The position numbers and the translations under genes were made by a program. A stretch of DNA of 64,000 nt from NCBI GenBank assembly GCA_963707865.1, contig OY970175.1:396305-460304 (forward strand). The letters are read 5' to 3'. Below are positions 1 through 9,323 of this stretch, piece by piece; the stretch's first letter is position 1, and every line of letters starts with the position of its first letter. Source of the DNA: an uncultured bacterium. GTDB taxonomy: Bacteria; Patescibacteriota; Minisyncoccia; UBA6257; 2-01-FULL-56-20. The notes under the pieces are model-generated. The model did no database searches and had not been told where the DNA came from. It worked only from the letters and a program-made list of their open reading frames with translations.

Positions 1-680
1 GCGGCGGCGTAGATTACGCGAAGGGCGTCGGCGGCCGGGCGAACTACGGCGGCGACGTGAACGACACACGCACCGACGACGAGTACAAGGAATTCCTCCG
101 CAAGAGCATCGTGAACGCGCTTGCGGTCGCGAAGGACGACGTCCATGTCTTTTATTACTGCGACGCCTCGTACGTGTGGTTGCTGCAAACGCTCTACCGT
201 GAACTTGGCATTGACTACAAGCGCACGTGCCTCTGGATTAAAAACGGACTCGGGCTCACGCCGGGCATCGCGTTTAACAAGGGGTATGAGCCGTGCGTGT
301 ACGGGGTCAGGGGCCGGCCGCCGATCACGAAGGGCATTGAGAACCTCTCCGAGATCATGAACAAGGAGATCGGCACGGGCAACCGCACGCTGGACGACAT
401 CCTTGACAGTCTGGAAATATGGTTGGCAAAACGATTGCCGGGCAGCGAATATTTTCACGCCACTTCCAAGCCGCCGACGCTTCATGAACGCGCGATTCGC
501 CGTTGCACGAAGCCCGGCGACATCATTTTGGACAGTTTTTGCGGCAGCGGCAGCACGTTGATCGCCGCCCACCAACTGAAACGCCGGGTCTATACGGTCG
601 AACTTGAACCTGTCTTCTGCGACCTCACGATCGCGCGGTTTGAAAAACTCACGAACCTCCATGCCAAAAAACTCAATTAA
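1..680 (+). CDS. DNA methyltransferase (beta-class N4/N6), C-terminal part; 5' end lies outside the window
   Basis: The reading frame is open to position 1. It carries the AdoMet-binding motif SKPPTLHERAIRRCTKPGDIILDSFCGSGSTLIAA typical of the DNA methylase N-4/N-6 family. Confidence 0.7.
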   Translation, partial: GGVDYAKGVGGRANYGGDVNDTRTDDEYKEFLRKSIVNALAVAKDDVHVFYYCDASYVWLLQTLYRELGIDYKRTCLWIKNGLGLTPGIAFNKGYEPCVYGVRGRPPITKGIENLSEIMNKEIGTGNRTLDDILDSLEIWLAKRLPGSEYFHATSKPPTLHERAIRRCTKPGDIILDSFCGSGSTLIAAHQLKRRVYTVELEPVFCDLTIARFEKLTNLHAKKLN

Positions 681-1437
681 GAAAATTCAATACGGGGATA
701 TGTTCCGTATCGGGAACCACGTGCTCGCGTGCGCGGACGCGCGGGATGCCGCGTTCATCGATCGCTTCGTCGGTACGCGGAAAATCAAGCTCGTGTGCTG
801 CGATGTACCCTACTCCGTAAATTACGCGGAAGCGAAAGCGGGCTTCGCAAAAATCAGGGTGGCGAAAGATATCCTGAACGACGACCTCGGCTCAGAGAGC
901 GAATATTCCCATTTCACGCAGGAATGGCTCGCCGCGATCGTGCCGTATCTCGAGCGCAAGAACGCGATATATATCTTCAACAGCGACAAGATGCTCTTCG
1001 CGCTCCGCGACGGCATGGAGCGCGCGGGCATCCATTTCTCACAGCTTCTCATCTGGTTGAAAAGTAATAGCGTGATCGGCCGGAAGGATTATCTCCCCGC
1101 TCACGAGTTGATCGCTTACGGTTGGTTCGGAACGCATGACTTCAAGAAGGCGAAAGACAAGACGCTCTTGTACTGCCCGCGCCCCAGCCGCAGCCCCTTG
1201 CATCCGACGCAAAAACCGGTGCCGCTTATCCGCCGTTTGATTTTGAACAGCACCGACATCGACGATGTTGTGTACGACGGGTTCGCGGGATCGGGTACAT
1301 CGGGCATCGCCGCAGAGCAAACGAAACGGTCGAGCATCCTGATTGAGCGCGACGAGCAGTATGTCGCCACGATCATTGCGCGATTCCAAAAACTTTTTGG
1401 CCTTGCGGCCGAACGCATCAACCATGAAACGAGATAA
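661..1437 (+). CDS. DNA N4/N6-adenine/cytosine methyltransferase (beta-class)
   Basis: A DPPY-like catalytic motif (CCDVPYSVNY) is followed by HPTQKPVPLIRRLI...YDGFAGSGTSGIAA. The ORF-track start was trimmed to the MPKNSIKK methionine. Confidence 0.75.
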   Translation: MPKNSIKKIQYGDMFRIGNHVLACADARDAAFIDRFVGTRKIKLVCCDVPYSVNYAEAKAGFAKIRVAKDILNDDLGSESEYSHFTQEWLAAIVPYLERKNAIYIFNSDKMLFALRDGMERAGIHFSQLLIWLKSNSVIGRKDYLPAHELIAYGWFGTHDFKKAKDKTLLYCPRPSRSPLHPTQKPVPLIRRLILNSTDIDDVVYDGFAGSGTSGIAAEQTKRSSILIERDEQYVATIIARFQKLFGLAAERINHETR

Positions 1438-1891
1438 AGACCAACAGCTCATTCTGGCGCAGCTCCGCAAGATCCCAATCGTGGAGGTCGCTTGCGAGAA
1501 AGTAAAGATCGCGACGAGCACCTATTATCGATGGAGGGAAGATTTGGAATTCGCGGCGGCGGCCGATGCGGCGATGCGGGACGGCAGGCTTTTTATCAAC
1601 GATCTCAGCGAGGCACAAGTGGTGACCCTTATCAAAGAGAAAAGCTGGCCGGCTATATCCTTCTGGTTGCGTGCGAATCACCCGCGTTACGCGCACCGGC
1701 TGGAGCTGGAGGGCCGCATTGAGCATGTGGAGAAACGGGCAATGACGGCGGAGGACAAGGCGCTGATTGAAAAATCGTTGAGGCTCGCCATGCCGAGCGA
1801 AAAAAGCACCCAGGAAACCGCGAAAAGGCCGGAGGAAAAATCAACGCCGCCCGACGGCGATACCACCACACATGAACCCCAACAACCTTAA
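1424..1891 (+). CDS. terminase small subunit-like (HTH) protein
   Basis: A small protein with an N-terminal HTH-like region (IPIVEVACEKVKIATSTYYRW) lies immediately upstream of the large terminase and overlaps its start. Confidence 0.45.
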   Translation: MKRDKDQQLILAQLRKIPIVEVACEKVKIATSTYYRWREDLEFAAAADAAMRDGRLFINDLSEAQVVTLIKEKSWPAISFWLRANHPRYAHRLELEGRIEHVEKRAMTAEDKALIEKSLRLAMPSEKSTQETAKRPEEKSTPPDGDTTTHEPQQP

Positions 1892-3500
1892 CAAAGAGGA
1901 GCAGGAGGCATTCATCCAACGGATGATTGAGGACGAGACGTTCCGCCGCGCAGCGACCGCGGGAAGCCTCTTCTGGTTCATGCGCTGCTACCTTCCGCGC
2001 CACGCCACGATCGGCACGGCAGATTTTCAGAAAGAGATTCTCACCCTGCTTGAACAGAATATCCCGGGCATCACGGCGTTTGCGGCATTCAGGGAGGCAG
2101 GCAAAAGCACCATGCTGCGGGCGCACGCCATCCACCAGATCGTGACCGGCAAAAGGCATTTCGTCCTCATCGGCAGCAAGACCGAACGACAGTCGCAAGA
2201 CCACCTGAAGAGCATCAAGCGGGAATTTGAGGACCCCACGAACATCCTCCTCCAGAACGACCTCGGCCCGTTTCGCGAAGAAAGCGACGAATGGGGCAAG
2301 TGCATCGTGATCCCGCGCTACGACGCGAAGATTGCCGCGGTCTCCGTCGAGCAGACCGTGCGAGGTATCCATTACCGGCAGTACCGCCCGGATTTGATCC
2401 AGCTCGACGATATAGAAGACCTCAATTCCATCAGGTCCAAGGAGGCGACGGATAAGATCCATGAGTGGCTGGAGCGGGACGTGATCGCGGGGGGATCCAA
2501 GAATGCGCGCATCGTGATCACGAGCAACCTGCTCGCGGAGGACTCGGTTCTCACCCGCATCCGCAAGGACATTGAGGCGGGCAAGCGCGACGGCGTCTTT
2601 CACAGTTATCCTTTAATTGACGAGGAGGGAAAGGTGGCGTGGTCGGAGAAATTCCCCACGCCGGAGTCATTGGAGCAGGAGAAGCGGCGGCACACGGAAC
2701 TCGCATGGAAACAGGAATATCTCCTCCTGCCCGTGACGGACGATGAGCCCGTCGTGAGGAAGGAATGGCTGAAGTATTACCACGACCTGCCGAAGCCGGA
2801 TGACTATCCCCCGCACCGCCTCCGCCTTGTCGCGGTGGATCCGGCTTTTTCGGACAAGGAGCACGCCGATTGCACGGCAATCGTCACTGCGGATGTCTAT
2901 GGCTACGGCGACCAGCGGAAGATTTACATCCGCCGGGACCCCGTCAACAAGCGAGGGCTCTCCGTCAAGGAGATTGCCGAGTTCGCGAAGGCGTTATGCG
3001 ACGAGGCGATCAGCATGGGCCGTCAGGCGGAGGTCGTGGTGGAAACGGTCGGCGCACAGATGATCCTTCTTGAGACGATGCGGGACGCGGGCATCGTGCG
3101 CGTGCACGGGTTCAACCCCGGCAATCAGGACAAGCGGCTTCGGCTCTCCGTCGCGGGCTACACCGTGCAGCTGGGGCAGGTCCATTTCGCCGACGACGAG
3201 GCCGACGGCCCGCTCCTCCGCCAGATCCTCAACTTTGGATCAGGGCACGATGATTTGGCCGATGCCTTCAGCATGCTGATCCTCAAGCTGACCGAAATGG
3301 ATGCCAAAGCGCACGTCACCGTTCCGCGCCCTTATGCATTGATGCCAACACCTTCGCCCGACCTCACGAACCCCGACGTGCTCAAGGCCGAGATAAAGAA
3401 GCTGGATCAGCAAGCCATGGCGGACTCGGAATACGAGCGGAGCGGGTACAACCCCAAGTTCCGGAAAAAGGCCGACGGCGGGGGGAAATTAACGTTTTAA
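1872..3500 (+). CDS. phage terminase large subunit
   Basis: A 542-aa protein with an N-terminal ATPase-like region and a C-terminal RNaseH-like nuclease region (LVAVDPAFSDKEHADCTAIVTADVYGYG). It follows a small HTH protein. Confidence 0.65.
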   Translation: MNPNNLNKEEQEAFIQRMIEDETFRRAATAGSLFWFMRCYLPRHATIGTADFQKEILTLLEQNIPGITAFAAFREAGKSTMLRAHAIHQIVTGKRHFVLIGSKTERQSQDHLKSIKREFEDPTNILLQNDLGPFREESDEWGKCIVIPRYDAKIAAVSVEQTVRGIHYRQYRPDLIQLDDIEDLNSIRSKEATDKIHEWLERDVIAGGSKNARIVITSNLLAEDSVLTRIRKDIEAGKRDGVFHSYPLIDEEGKVAWSEKFPTPESLEQEKRRHTELAWKQEYLLLPVTDDEPVVRKEWLKYYHDLPKPDDYPPHRLRLVAVDPAFSDKEHADCTAIVTADVYGYGDQRKIYIRRDPVNKRGLSVKEIAEFAKALCDEAISMGRQAEVVVETVGAQMILLETMRDAGIVRVHGFNPGNQDKRLRLSVAGYTVQLGQVHFADDEADGPLLRQILNFGSGHDDLADAFSMLILKLTEMDAKAHVTVPRPYALMPTPSPDLTNPDVLKAEIKKLDQQAMADSEYERSGYNPKFRKKADGGGKLTF

Positions 3501-3504
3501 GGAG

Positions 3505-3816
3505 ATGATTTGCGCTCTTTGCGAAGAAAAGGGTTTGAAAAGCAAGGTGGTCTTGGATTGCTGCTCTTCGTACGACGAGAATGATTATTTTTCGGGAGGA
3601 AAGTATGGGCGGTGGGCAATCGGAGAACAATATTATGATACGGACGGAAAATTTCACAATCACCACCTTGCGAGATTCTGGGTGGGCGGCTGTTGCTCGA
3701 ACGGGCACAACATCATGATCCGAGAATCAACCAAGTGCCCGAGCTGCGATGACGGCGAAGGGGTAGTCATAAAGTTTTACGAACCAGCGCCTAGTGAAGA
3801 CATCGGAAGGTGGTGA
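3505..3816 (+). CDS. Cys-rich zinc-ribbon small protein
   Basis: It contains CxxC...CC...C...CPSC motifs and is preceded by an AAGGAG ribosome-binding site. Confidence 0.4.
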   Translation: MICALCEEKGLKSKVVLDCCSSYDENDYFSGGKYGRWAIGEQYYDTDGKFHNHHLARFWVGGCCSNGHNIMIRESTKCPSCDDGEGVVIKFYEPAPSEDIGRW

Positions 3817-4388
3817 ATAAAGGCGGACGTCCCCTCTGGGTGGGCAGAAATCACCAGCTTCTTAAAAACAAAAAAATGGCGAATGTAAATAATGCAATAA
3901 AAACCAAGCTTGATATACTGAAAGAGATGTATGCGGAACACCGCGTAACAAGATATTTCAAGGAATGTAGAAGTGTTGAGGATAAAAAGGGGTTTCCGTC
4001 GGAAGTCCGATGGAGTGCATTTCTTGATTTCTTATGCGATAAAACATCTTATAAAGTTTTATGGAAATACCGCCTATGGAAAAAGATGACGAAAGAATTA
4101 TCTGATGAAAGACGGAATGTTTTGGATCGCCTCATAAAAACTTGTATCCCGAAATATCTTGCCGTTGATATGAGCAAAGTTAGTCCACCGGCAACAGGGA
4201 AAGATGAAAGAGAGAGCCGAGTAATAGAAATTACTCCCGATGGAAACGATATGGCATCTATACCAGATTTCTATTTTTCTAGATTGCCCGAAAAATATCC
4301 GAGTTATGGTAAGGTATTGTCGGGTATAACTGGTATTATAATACTTATAATTGGTTTTCTTATTGGCATGTTGTCGAAATCGTTATGA
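3810..4388 (+). CDS. hypothetical protein with C-terminal transmembrane anchor (AT-rich gene)
   Basis: The ORF ends in a hydrophobic C-terminus (GITGIIILIIGFLIGML). Local GC content is clearly lower than in the flanking DNA. The true start may be MANVNN near 3876. Confidence 0.4.
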   Translation: MVNKGGRPLWVGRNHQLLKNKKMANVNNAIKTKLDILKEMYAEHRVTRYFKECRSVEDKKGFPSEVRWSAFLDFLCDKTSYKVLWKYRLWKKMTKELSDERRNVLDRLIKTCIPKYLAVDMSKVSPPATGKDERESRVIEITPDGNDMASIPDFYFSRLPEKYPSYGKVLSGITGIIILIIGFLIGMLSKSL

Positions 4389-4397
4389 GCAAGCAGA

Positions 4398-5984
4398 TTA
4401 AGGGCTCGTCACGGGAACGAAGGTTTCAGTGAAAGCACAGTTCACAACGGAGCTCGTGGGTACGCCATCGCTGCTGTGGCAAAAACCGTTATTGAGTGGA
4501 GTGTAGTTCGCGAGCGGAGAGATGTTTACGCCATAGACCATGTTTGGGACAATGAACACCTGCGTGCCTGACGCATTTCCGGGGAACGAGGAAATGCTCG
4601 GATTGCTCCCGATGATCGTCACTGTAAAATTGGAAGGTGATGCCGTCCCGCCCTGCGAGTTGTCAACCGCCACCGAAACGTTCAAGATGCTTGTATTGTT
4701 GGTTGGCATAACGAGAGCGGGAACCGATTGATTGCTTGATGCGGGCGAGTTCAAAAATGATTCAGCAACATCCGATGGCGTCGCAAAGGAAATTCCCGTT
4801 ACATTAATATCCAGTCCCAAGGTATCGGCCAATTCATTGATACCAACGACGTTTCCGTATTGATCCACGAGCGGCCCGCCGCTGTCTCCCGGGTTTATTA
4901 GCGCCGAGGTTTGCAACAATTCTCCAAGCTCTGAAAATCCCGCAACGGTCCTTCGGGCGGTTACAATCCCCGCCTCGACCTCAAGCGTCTGGTCGGTATC
5001 GCAGGTTCTGGGAAACCCGAAAGAAACGACGCTTGCGCCGAGCGGCAAACTTGCATCGCTTGAATTTCCGAAAGAAACTACCGGCAATCCGCCTCTCGCA
5101 ACTTGCAAAAGCGCCAAATCCCTGGTCGGATCTTCCTGCTGGATAGTGGCCGGGACCACCATGCCATCGTTGAAATAGACGTTGATGCTGCCCGCTCCGG
5201 TTATCACGTGGTCGTCCGTCAGAATGCCTCCGCCGCCTTGGACAACCATGCCGCTGCCGCACCCAAAATCAGTGCGAATCAAGACGACCGAGGGAGAAAG
5301 CTTCGCCACGATTTGCGCCGTTGTCAGGACTGTACCTGATTGGGAAGTCGTAGGAGAGCCGGGTCGTATCGTTATCGCCCCGGGGAACGTGAATTGACCG
5401 CCGTCAGGATTTTTCACGGTGACATCGTAAAGACCCGGGTTGAATCCTGACGGATATTGAGCCGAAATCAACGTTGGGGTAATGGAGCCCATTATTTGAA
5501 GGCCGGTATTTCCCAGCGTCACCTCCGCGTCACTTTCAAAGCCGGAACCGTTAATGGAGATGGTATTCTGATAACCTGCAATCATAATCGTCGGGTTTAC
5601 GAAAGTTATGACGGGAGCGTTGCTCGAGGCGTTTTGGAGCGCCGTCACTTGCTTTTGAAGCGTCGTTATTTGGGTGGCGGCGCCGGCAGAACTCTTTTTT
5701 GAGGATTGGACTGGCGCCGATTTTAACTGTTGTATTTCTGCTTCAAGCTCGTTGATACGCACATCAACCGTATCGCTTGCAGTTGTCGTGGCTGATTGAG
5801 CGGACGATGAGGATTGTATAATAAGAGATTGCTCAAATTGGTTTGCTTTTGCCTGAACCGCTGCGTTGATTTGGTTTTGTTCATAGCTCCGCAACGCGAT
5901 GACGCCACGATAACCACCATAACTAGTGGATAGGACTAGGAAAGTAATGATGACGACTTTATAGCTTTGCCAGAATGCGTTCAT
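4398..5984 (-). CDS. secreted trypsin-like (S1/HtrA-family) serine protease with N-terminal TM/coiled-coil and IPT/TIG-like domain
   Basis: It carries the GDSGGP active-site motif (LINPGDSGGPLVDQYGNVVGI). An Ig-like beta-rich segment and an N-terminal hydrophobic helix are also present. Confidence 0.65.
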   Translation of the reverse strand: MNAFWQSYKVVIITFLVLSTSYGGYRGVIALRSYEQNQINAAVQAKANQFEQSLIIQSSSSAQSATTTASDTVDVRINELEAEIQQLKSAPVQSSKKSSAGAATQITTLQKQVTALQNASSNAPVITFVNPTIMIAGYQNTISINGSGFESDAEVTLGNTGLQIMGSITPTLISAQYPSGFNPGLYDVTVKNPDGGQFTFPGAITIRPGSPTTSQSGTVLTTAQIVAKLSPSVVLIRTDFGCGSGMVVQGGGGILTDDHVITGAGSINVYFNDGMVVPATIQQEDPTRDLALLQVARGGLPVVSFGNSSDASLPLGASVVSFGFPRTCDTDQTLEVEAGIVTARRTVAGFSELGELLQTSALINPGDSGGPLVDQYGNVVGINELADTLGLDINVTGISFATPSDVAESFLNSPASSNQSVPALVMPTNNTSILNVSVAVDNSQGGTASPSNFTVTIIGSNPSISSFPGNASGTQVFIVPNMVYGVNISPLANYTPLNNGFCHSSDGVPTSSVVNCAFTETFVPVTSP

Positions 5985-6007
5985 GGCAGTTGCATAGTCG
6001 TTAGTCG

Positions 6008-7063
6008 TTAATAGTAATCCTCTACAGTCACTGTGTAATGAACGTTGTTTGCATCAAGATCTAGGTAATATTGACCTGGATCTTGCGAGTAAACGTAAGA
6101 AGTATTACTTGTCGGACAATTAACTATCTCCGCGAATACGTTGCCACCACCGCCGGTTGCGGAATCAACAATACCGTTAAAATTCGAATAGGAAACGCTG
6201 CTGTCCGACACGGTACAGCTATAATTTATCCGCCACTCGCTGCCCTGCATAGAAAAAGGAGGTGTTTGAATGCCGATATTATTGTTGTAAGTGTATGCCG
6301 TGTGCCAACTTTTCGGTGTTGGAGGAGGCGCTTGAGGAGTGGGAGTTTGAGTTGTCGCCGCTTGAGTCTGCGTCGAAGCAGGCTGCCTTGGCGAGGTGAT
6401 TTTAGCTGGAGCGTTTCCATCGCCGCTCGCGGGCAGATTTGCCTGAATCAACGAACAGTTTGAGAGCATCGGACTGCCCAAAATATAATTATTAATTTCG
6501 CCCTGTACCACGATCTGATCCCCATGTTGTAACGCGGATAACTGACTCTCCTGACCTTGGGCGAATGCACACTGGACGCTGTTGAAGCTATCTAGGCTCG
6601 CCTTTATAACAATGTAGGGGTTTCCAAGGATGTCTTTGTTGACCGAATCAAGTAGTCCGTTTACTTGGAGCACCGGGCCCTTATATTTGTTGTCTGCGGC
6701 CACTTGATTACTACCGTAGTCCGCGATAAGTTGCGCCGCCGAAACATCAATTGGTTGTGGGTTGGCTTGTTGACTGGACACCATCGCTGGCGTGTTGTTA
6801 TTTTGCGACCCGCCACTTACCGCGCCGATGATAATGAGAAAAGCGACGACTACGATCGCGATCGTCACAATGGGATGTCGGTTCGGCCAGCTTTTCGGCT
6901 TTACCACCGCCTCCGCGCTTTTATTTTGTTCTTCCATGAATGTTTTTGCTGATCTTCTATTTTTTTCGACTTGTTCCACTTTTTTCCTTTGCGCATACTT
7001 CTGCAATCCCTGCCCAAGAGCTATCAGAAAAATGCCGACCAAGATAATGTAAAAAAAAGTCAT
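6008..7063 (-). CDS. membrane protein, hypothetical (two TM helices, Thr/Pro/Gln-rich linker)
   Basis: Hydrophobic segments are present near the N-terminus and mid-protein. No recognisable catalytic motif was found. Confidence 0.45.
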   Translation of the reverse strand: MTFFYIILVGIFLIALGQGLQKYAQRKKVEQVEKNRRSAKTFMEEQNKSAEAVVKPKSWPNRHPIVTIAIVVVAFLIIIGAVSGGSQNNNTPAMVSSQQANPQPIDVSAAQLIADYGSNQVAADNKYKGPVLQVNGLLDSVNKDILGNPYIVIKASLDSFNSVQCAFAQGQESQLSALQHGDQIVVQGEINNYILGSPMLSNCSLIQANLPASGDGNAPAKITSPRQPASTQTQAATTQTPTPQAPPPTPKSWHTAYTYNNNIGIQTPPFSMQGSEWRINYSCTVSDSSVSYSNFNGIVDSATGGGGNVFAEIVNCPTSNTSYVYSQDPGQYYLDLDANNVHYTVTVEDYY

Positions 7064-7314
7064 TGAGTTTTGTCTCCCGCCTGTTTCTCCCGCTCCATAA
7101 TAAGCGTGATAACTTTTTCCTTTTTACCAAGGAGGGCAAGTGGCAGGAAGAGCCCGCCAAGGCAACACGTCTTACCCGCATCCCAACCTTGGTCCGTAAC
7201 CTCCTTACTCTTTATCTCCCAACCCTCATTCGCCAATTCATCAATTGCTTTTGCCATCCTCGCCCTGCCCTCAATGGTTTCTGGGAAAACGAGCGTCTTA
7301 TATTCCTTTGCCAT
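7060..7314 (-). CDS. small hypothetical protein
   Basis: An 84-aa ORF with good coding bias whose stop overlaps the start of the neighbouring gene. Confidence 0.35.
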   Translation of the reverse strand: MAKEYKTLVFPETIEGRARMAKAIDELANEGWEIKSKEVTDQGWDAGKTCCLGGLFLPLALLGKKEKVITLIMEREKQAGDKTQ

Positions 7315-7321
7315 GTTATTT

Positions 7322-7552
7322 TTATGTTTTTATTCCTATGCGCCGCGCATTGATCGGATTACAGCTTAAAAGCCGGTAGCCGATACGAAACGATGCCGTT
7401 ATAAAGTTGTGATTTTCAAGACAATGAATCGCGTAATGGGAACAGCTCTGCTCGAACAAGCATCTCACTCCCATCTTCTGAAGCTGGGGAGAAATATCCT
7501 TTTGATATTTTCGGATCAAACCGATAAAGAATGAATTTATAGTATTGGGCAT
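7322..7552 (-). CDS. yidD: membrane protein insertion efficiency factor YidD
   Basis: It contains the YidD/haemolytic-domain signature CLFEQSCSHYA...SCNP. Confidence 0.7.
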   Translation of the reverse strand: MPNTINSFFIGLIRKYQKDISPQLQKMGVRCLFEQSCSHYAIHCLENHNFITASFRIGYRLLSCNPINARRIGIKT

Positions 7553-7565
7553 TTGAGTAATGATG

Positions 7566-7889
7566 CTATTGAGGATAGAGGTGATAACAATCGTCCTTTG
7601 CGTTTTGCAGTCGGTTATCCAAAAGATTTGCCATGGCGACAGTGAGCTTACAATTCACGGATTTGTATTCATTCAGGCATTCATTATTCCAGTCGCTGAC
7701 GTAGTTACTCTGCGCCGTTGAGAGGCAGTCCGCCAGCTCGGTTTGTTTGTCGGTTGAACTACTTGATCCAGCGCCCACGATTGCTACAATCACCACCACG
7801 ACAATAACCAGTCCGACAATCACGAGTATTGAGATGCCACATCCTTTTGCAAATTGATTCCCCGTGGACGGATTAGTCTTTGCTTCCAT
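7566..7889 (-). CDS. small membrane-anchored hypothetical protein
   Basis: A single long hydrophobic stretch (ILVIVGLVIVVVVIVAIVGA) is followed by a Cys-containing extracellular tail. Confidence 0.4.
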   Translation of the reverse strand: MEAKTNPSTGNQFAKGCGISILVIVGLVIVVVVIVAIVGAGSSSSTDKQTELADCLSTAQSNYVSDWNNECLNEYKSVNCKLTVAMANLLDNRLQNAKDDCYHLYPQ

Positions 7890-7898
7890 GGGGTAAGG

Positions 7899-8891
7899 TT
7901 ATTTTGGATACTTAAAGCACCACATGGTAACCGTGCCGCATGGTTCGGGAGGAGTGCCAGTCAGCCATGTAACGCCGTTCGGCAAGTTTCCCGTGTAGCT
8001 GGACAGCATGGTTGATTGCGACGGATTTTCAAAGACGATGTCGATAGCTATTATGCTGCCGCTTGCGTTCGCCCCATAATAGTAGGGGTAGTCCGTACCA
8101 GCGAGCGGGTCGTTCTCAAGACTTACTGCGGGATCCGCAGCAATCAACGTCCTTTCCAAATCCGACCACGAAGCAACTCCTGTGGGAAAGTTACCGTTTT
8201 TCTGATTATAGAGTTCGAGGCCATCAACAATCTGCGTGTAATCCGCCCCCCGCTGTTCATCGCGCCAATTACTGCCCACGGGTAGCTCCAAGCCCTGCAT
8301 GTCCGTGACCATCCAATAATTCCCGCTCTGTTTAGTGAGAATCACGTTGACGTTATAATGGTAATCGCCGACTTGTAAGACCGCGGGGACGGCCGCAGTA
8401 GCGCCAGTCACTCTTATCTGATTCGCCGGAAGGGCGAATATACCATTCAGAATCTCTCCAACGTAGGTAGTGTTGCTGTCGCCGCTAATGTACTGATAGA
8501 AACTTTGCTCGATTGTCATTATTGTAGAACTCTGCTGGCTGTCCAACCCTACTCGTCCCAAAATAGATGAGAAATTCGGAAGTGCCAACGCGTTGCTGGC
8601 AACTCTCGGCCACATCGCATTTGCAATCGCATTTTGGTCGAGGTATTGAGATGCGGCGGCCGTGTTATGCGCGGCGATTGCGAGTTGCAATTGCTTCAAG
8701 GAATACTCGGGCGTTCCCTCCTGCTGATTCCGATAAACAATGTAGGCGCCAATGCCTACGCAGAGAAGAACCACGACTGAAACCGAAATGATAATTATTT
8801 TTTTCTTCATAAGAATTATTTTTATTTTTGCTGAACAAAAATCGGCCTTTGCTGGCCGAGGTTTTAAAATTACTGAACCCCGCTCCAGCAC
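7899..8891 (-). CDS. secreted hypothetical protein (signal peptide/TM anchor)
   Basis: The N-terminus (KKKIIIISVSVVVLLCVGIGAYIV) reads as a signal anchor. No catalytic motif was recognised. Confidence 0.45.
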   Translation of the reverse strand: MLERGSVILKPRPAKADFCSAKIKIILMKKKIIIISVSVVVLLCVGIGAYIVYRNQQEGTPEYSLKQLQLAIAAHNTAAASQYLDQNAIANAMWPRVASNALALPNFSSILGRVGLDSQQSSTIMTIEQSFYQYISGDSNTTYVGEILNGIFALPANQIRVTGATAAVPAVLQVGDYHYNVNVILTKQSGNYWMVTDMQGLELPVGSNWRDEQRGADYTQIVDGLELYNQKNGNFPTGVASWSDLERTLIAADPAVSLENDPLAGTDYPYYYGANASGSIIAIDIVFENPSQSTMLSSYTGNLPNGVTWLTGTPPEPCGTVTMWCFKYPK

Positions 8892-9323
8892 GAGCCTTGC
8901 GGCTCCATAACTCTTTCGAGCTATGACCCATAGGAGGTTGCTGAACGCGGGGTTCAGTATCTCCTATGGGGTTTTGAGCCATGCCAAGCGATGTTTGGTT
9001 TAGGCTATACAATCCGATATTGAATTGTTAAGAAAACTATACCGCTTGCGACCTTTCCCGTCCAACCCTAGCTTAGATCGTAGGCGTTGCGAAGGGGGAA
9101 GTTATCAACTTGCCTCATTCGGCATTTCGTCGCCCCGTAATGAAGCACGTTCCTAACGATTCTCAAAAAACTTGACAAATGTGGTGTTATTATGTTAAAC
9201 TTACAGCGTTCCTTAACAATGGAAAATTCAAGGTTTCCAGTGAAATGAGGCGAGCGTTGGGGAAGGCAATCAATGTGGCTTCTCGAACACTCGCCTCATA
9301 ACCTGAGCGGGTAGAAATGGAGG

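Noticed and set aside
1653-2603. Long antisense or alternative-frame ORFs inside terminase (1653..2603), ftsI (14235..15266), dnaE (27187..28158), the ribosomal operon (43050..44297) and tuf (51900..52952)
   Set aside because: They overlap genes with strong homology on the other strand or frame, and they lack motifs. Such ORFs are expected at this GC content.
8665-9012. 115-aa minus ORF overlapping the 5' end of the secreted-protein gene and the intergenic region
   Set aside because: It has low-complexity composition and overlaps a better-supported gene. It is likely spurious.
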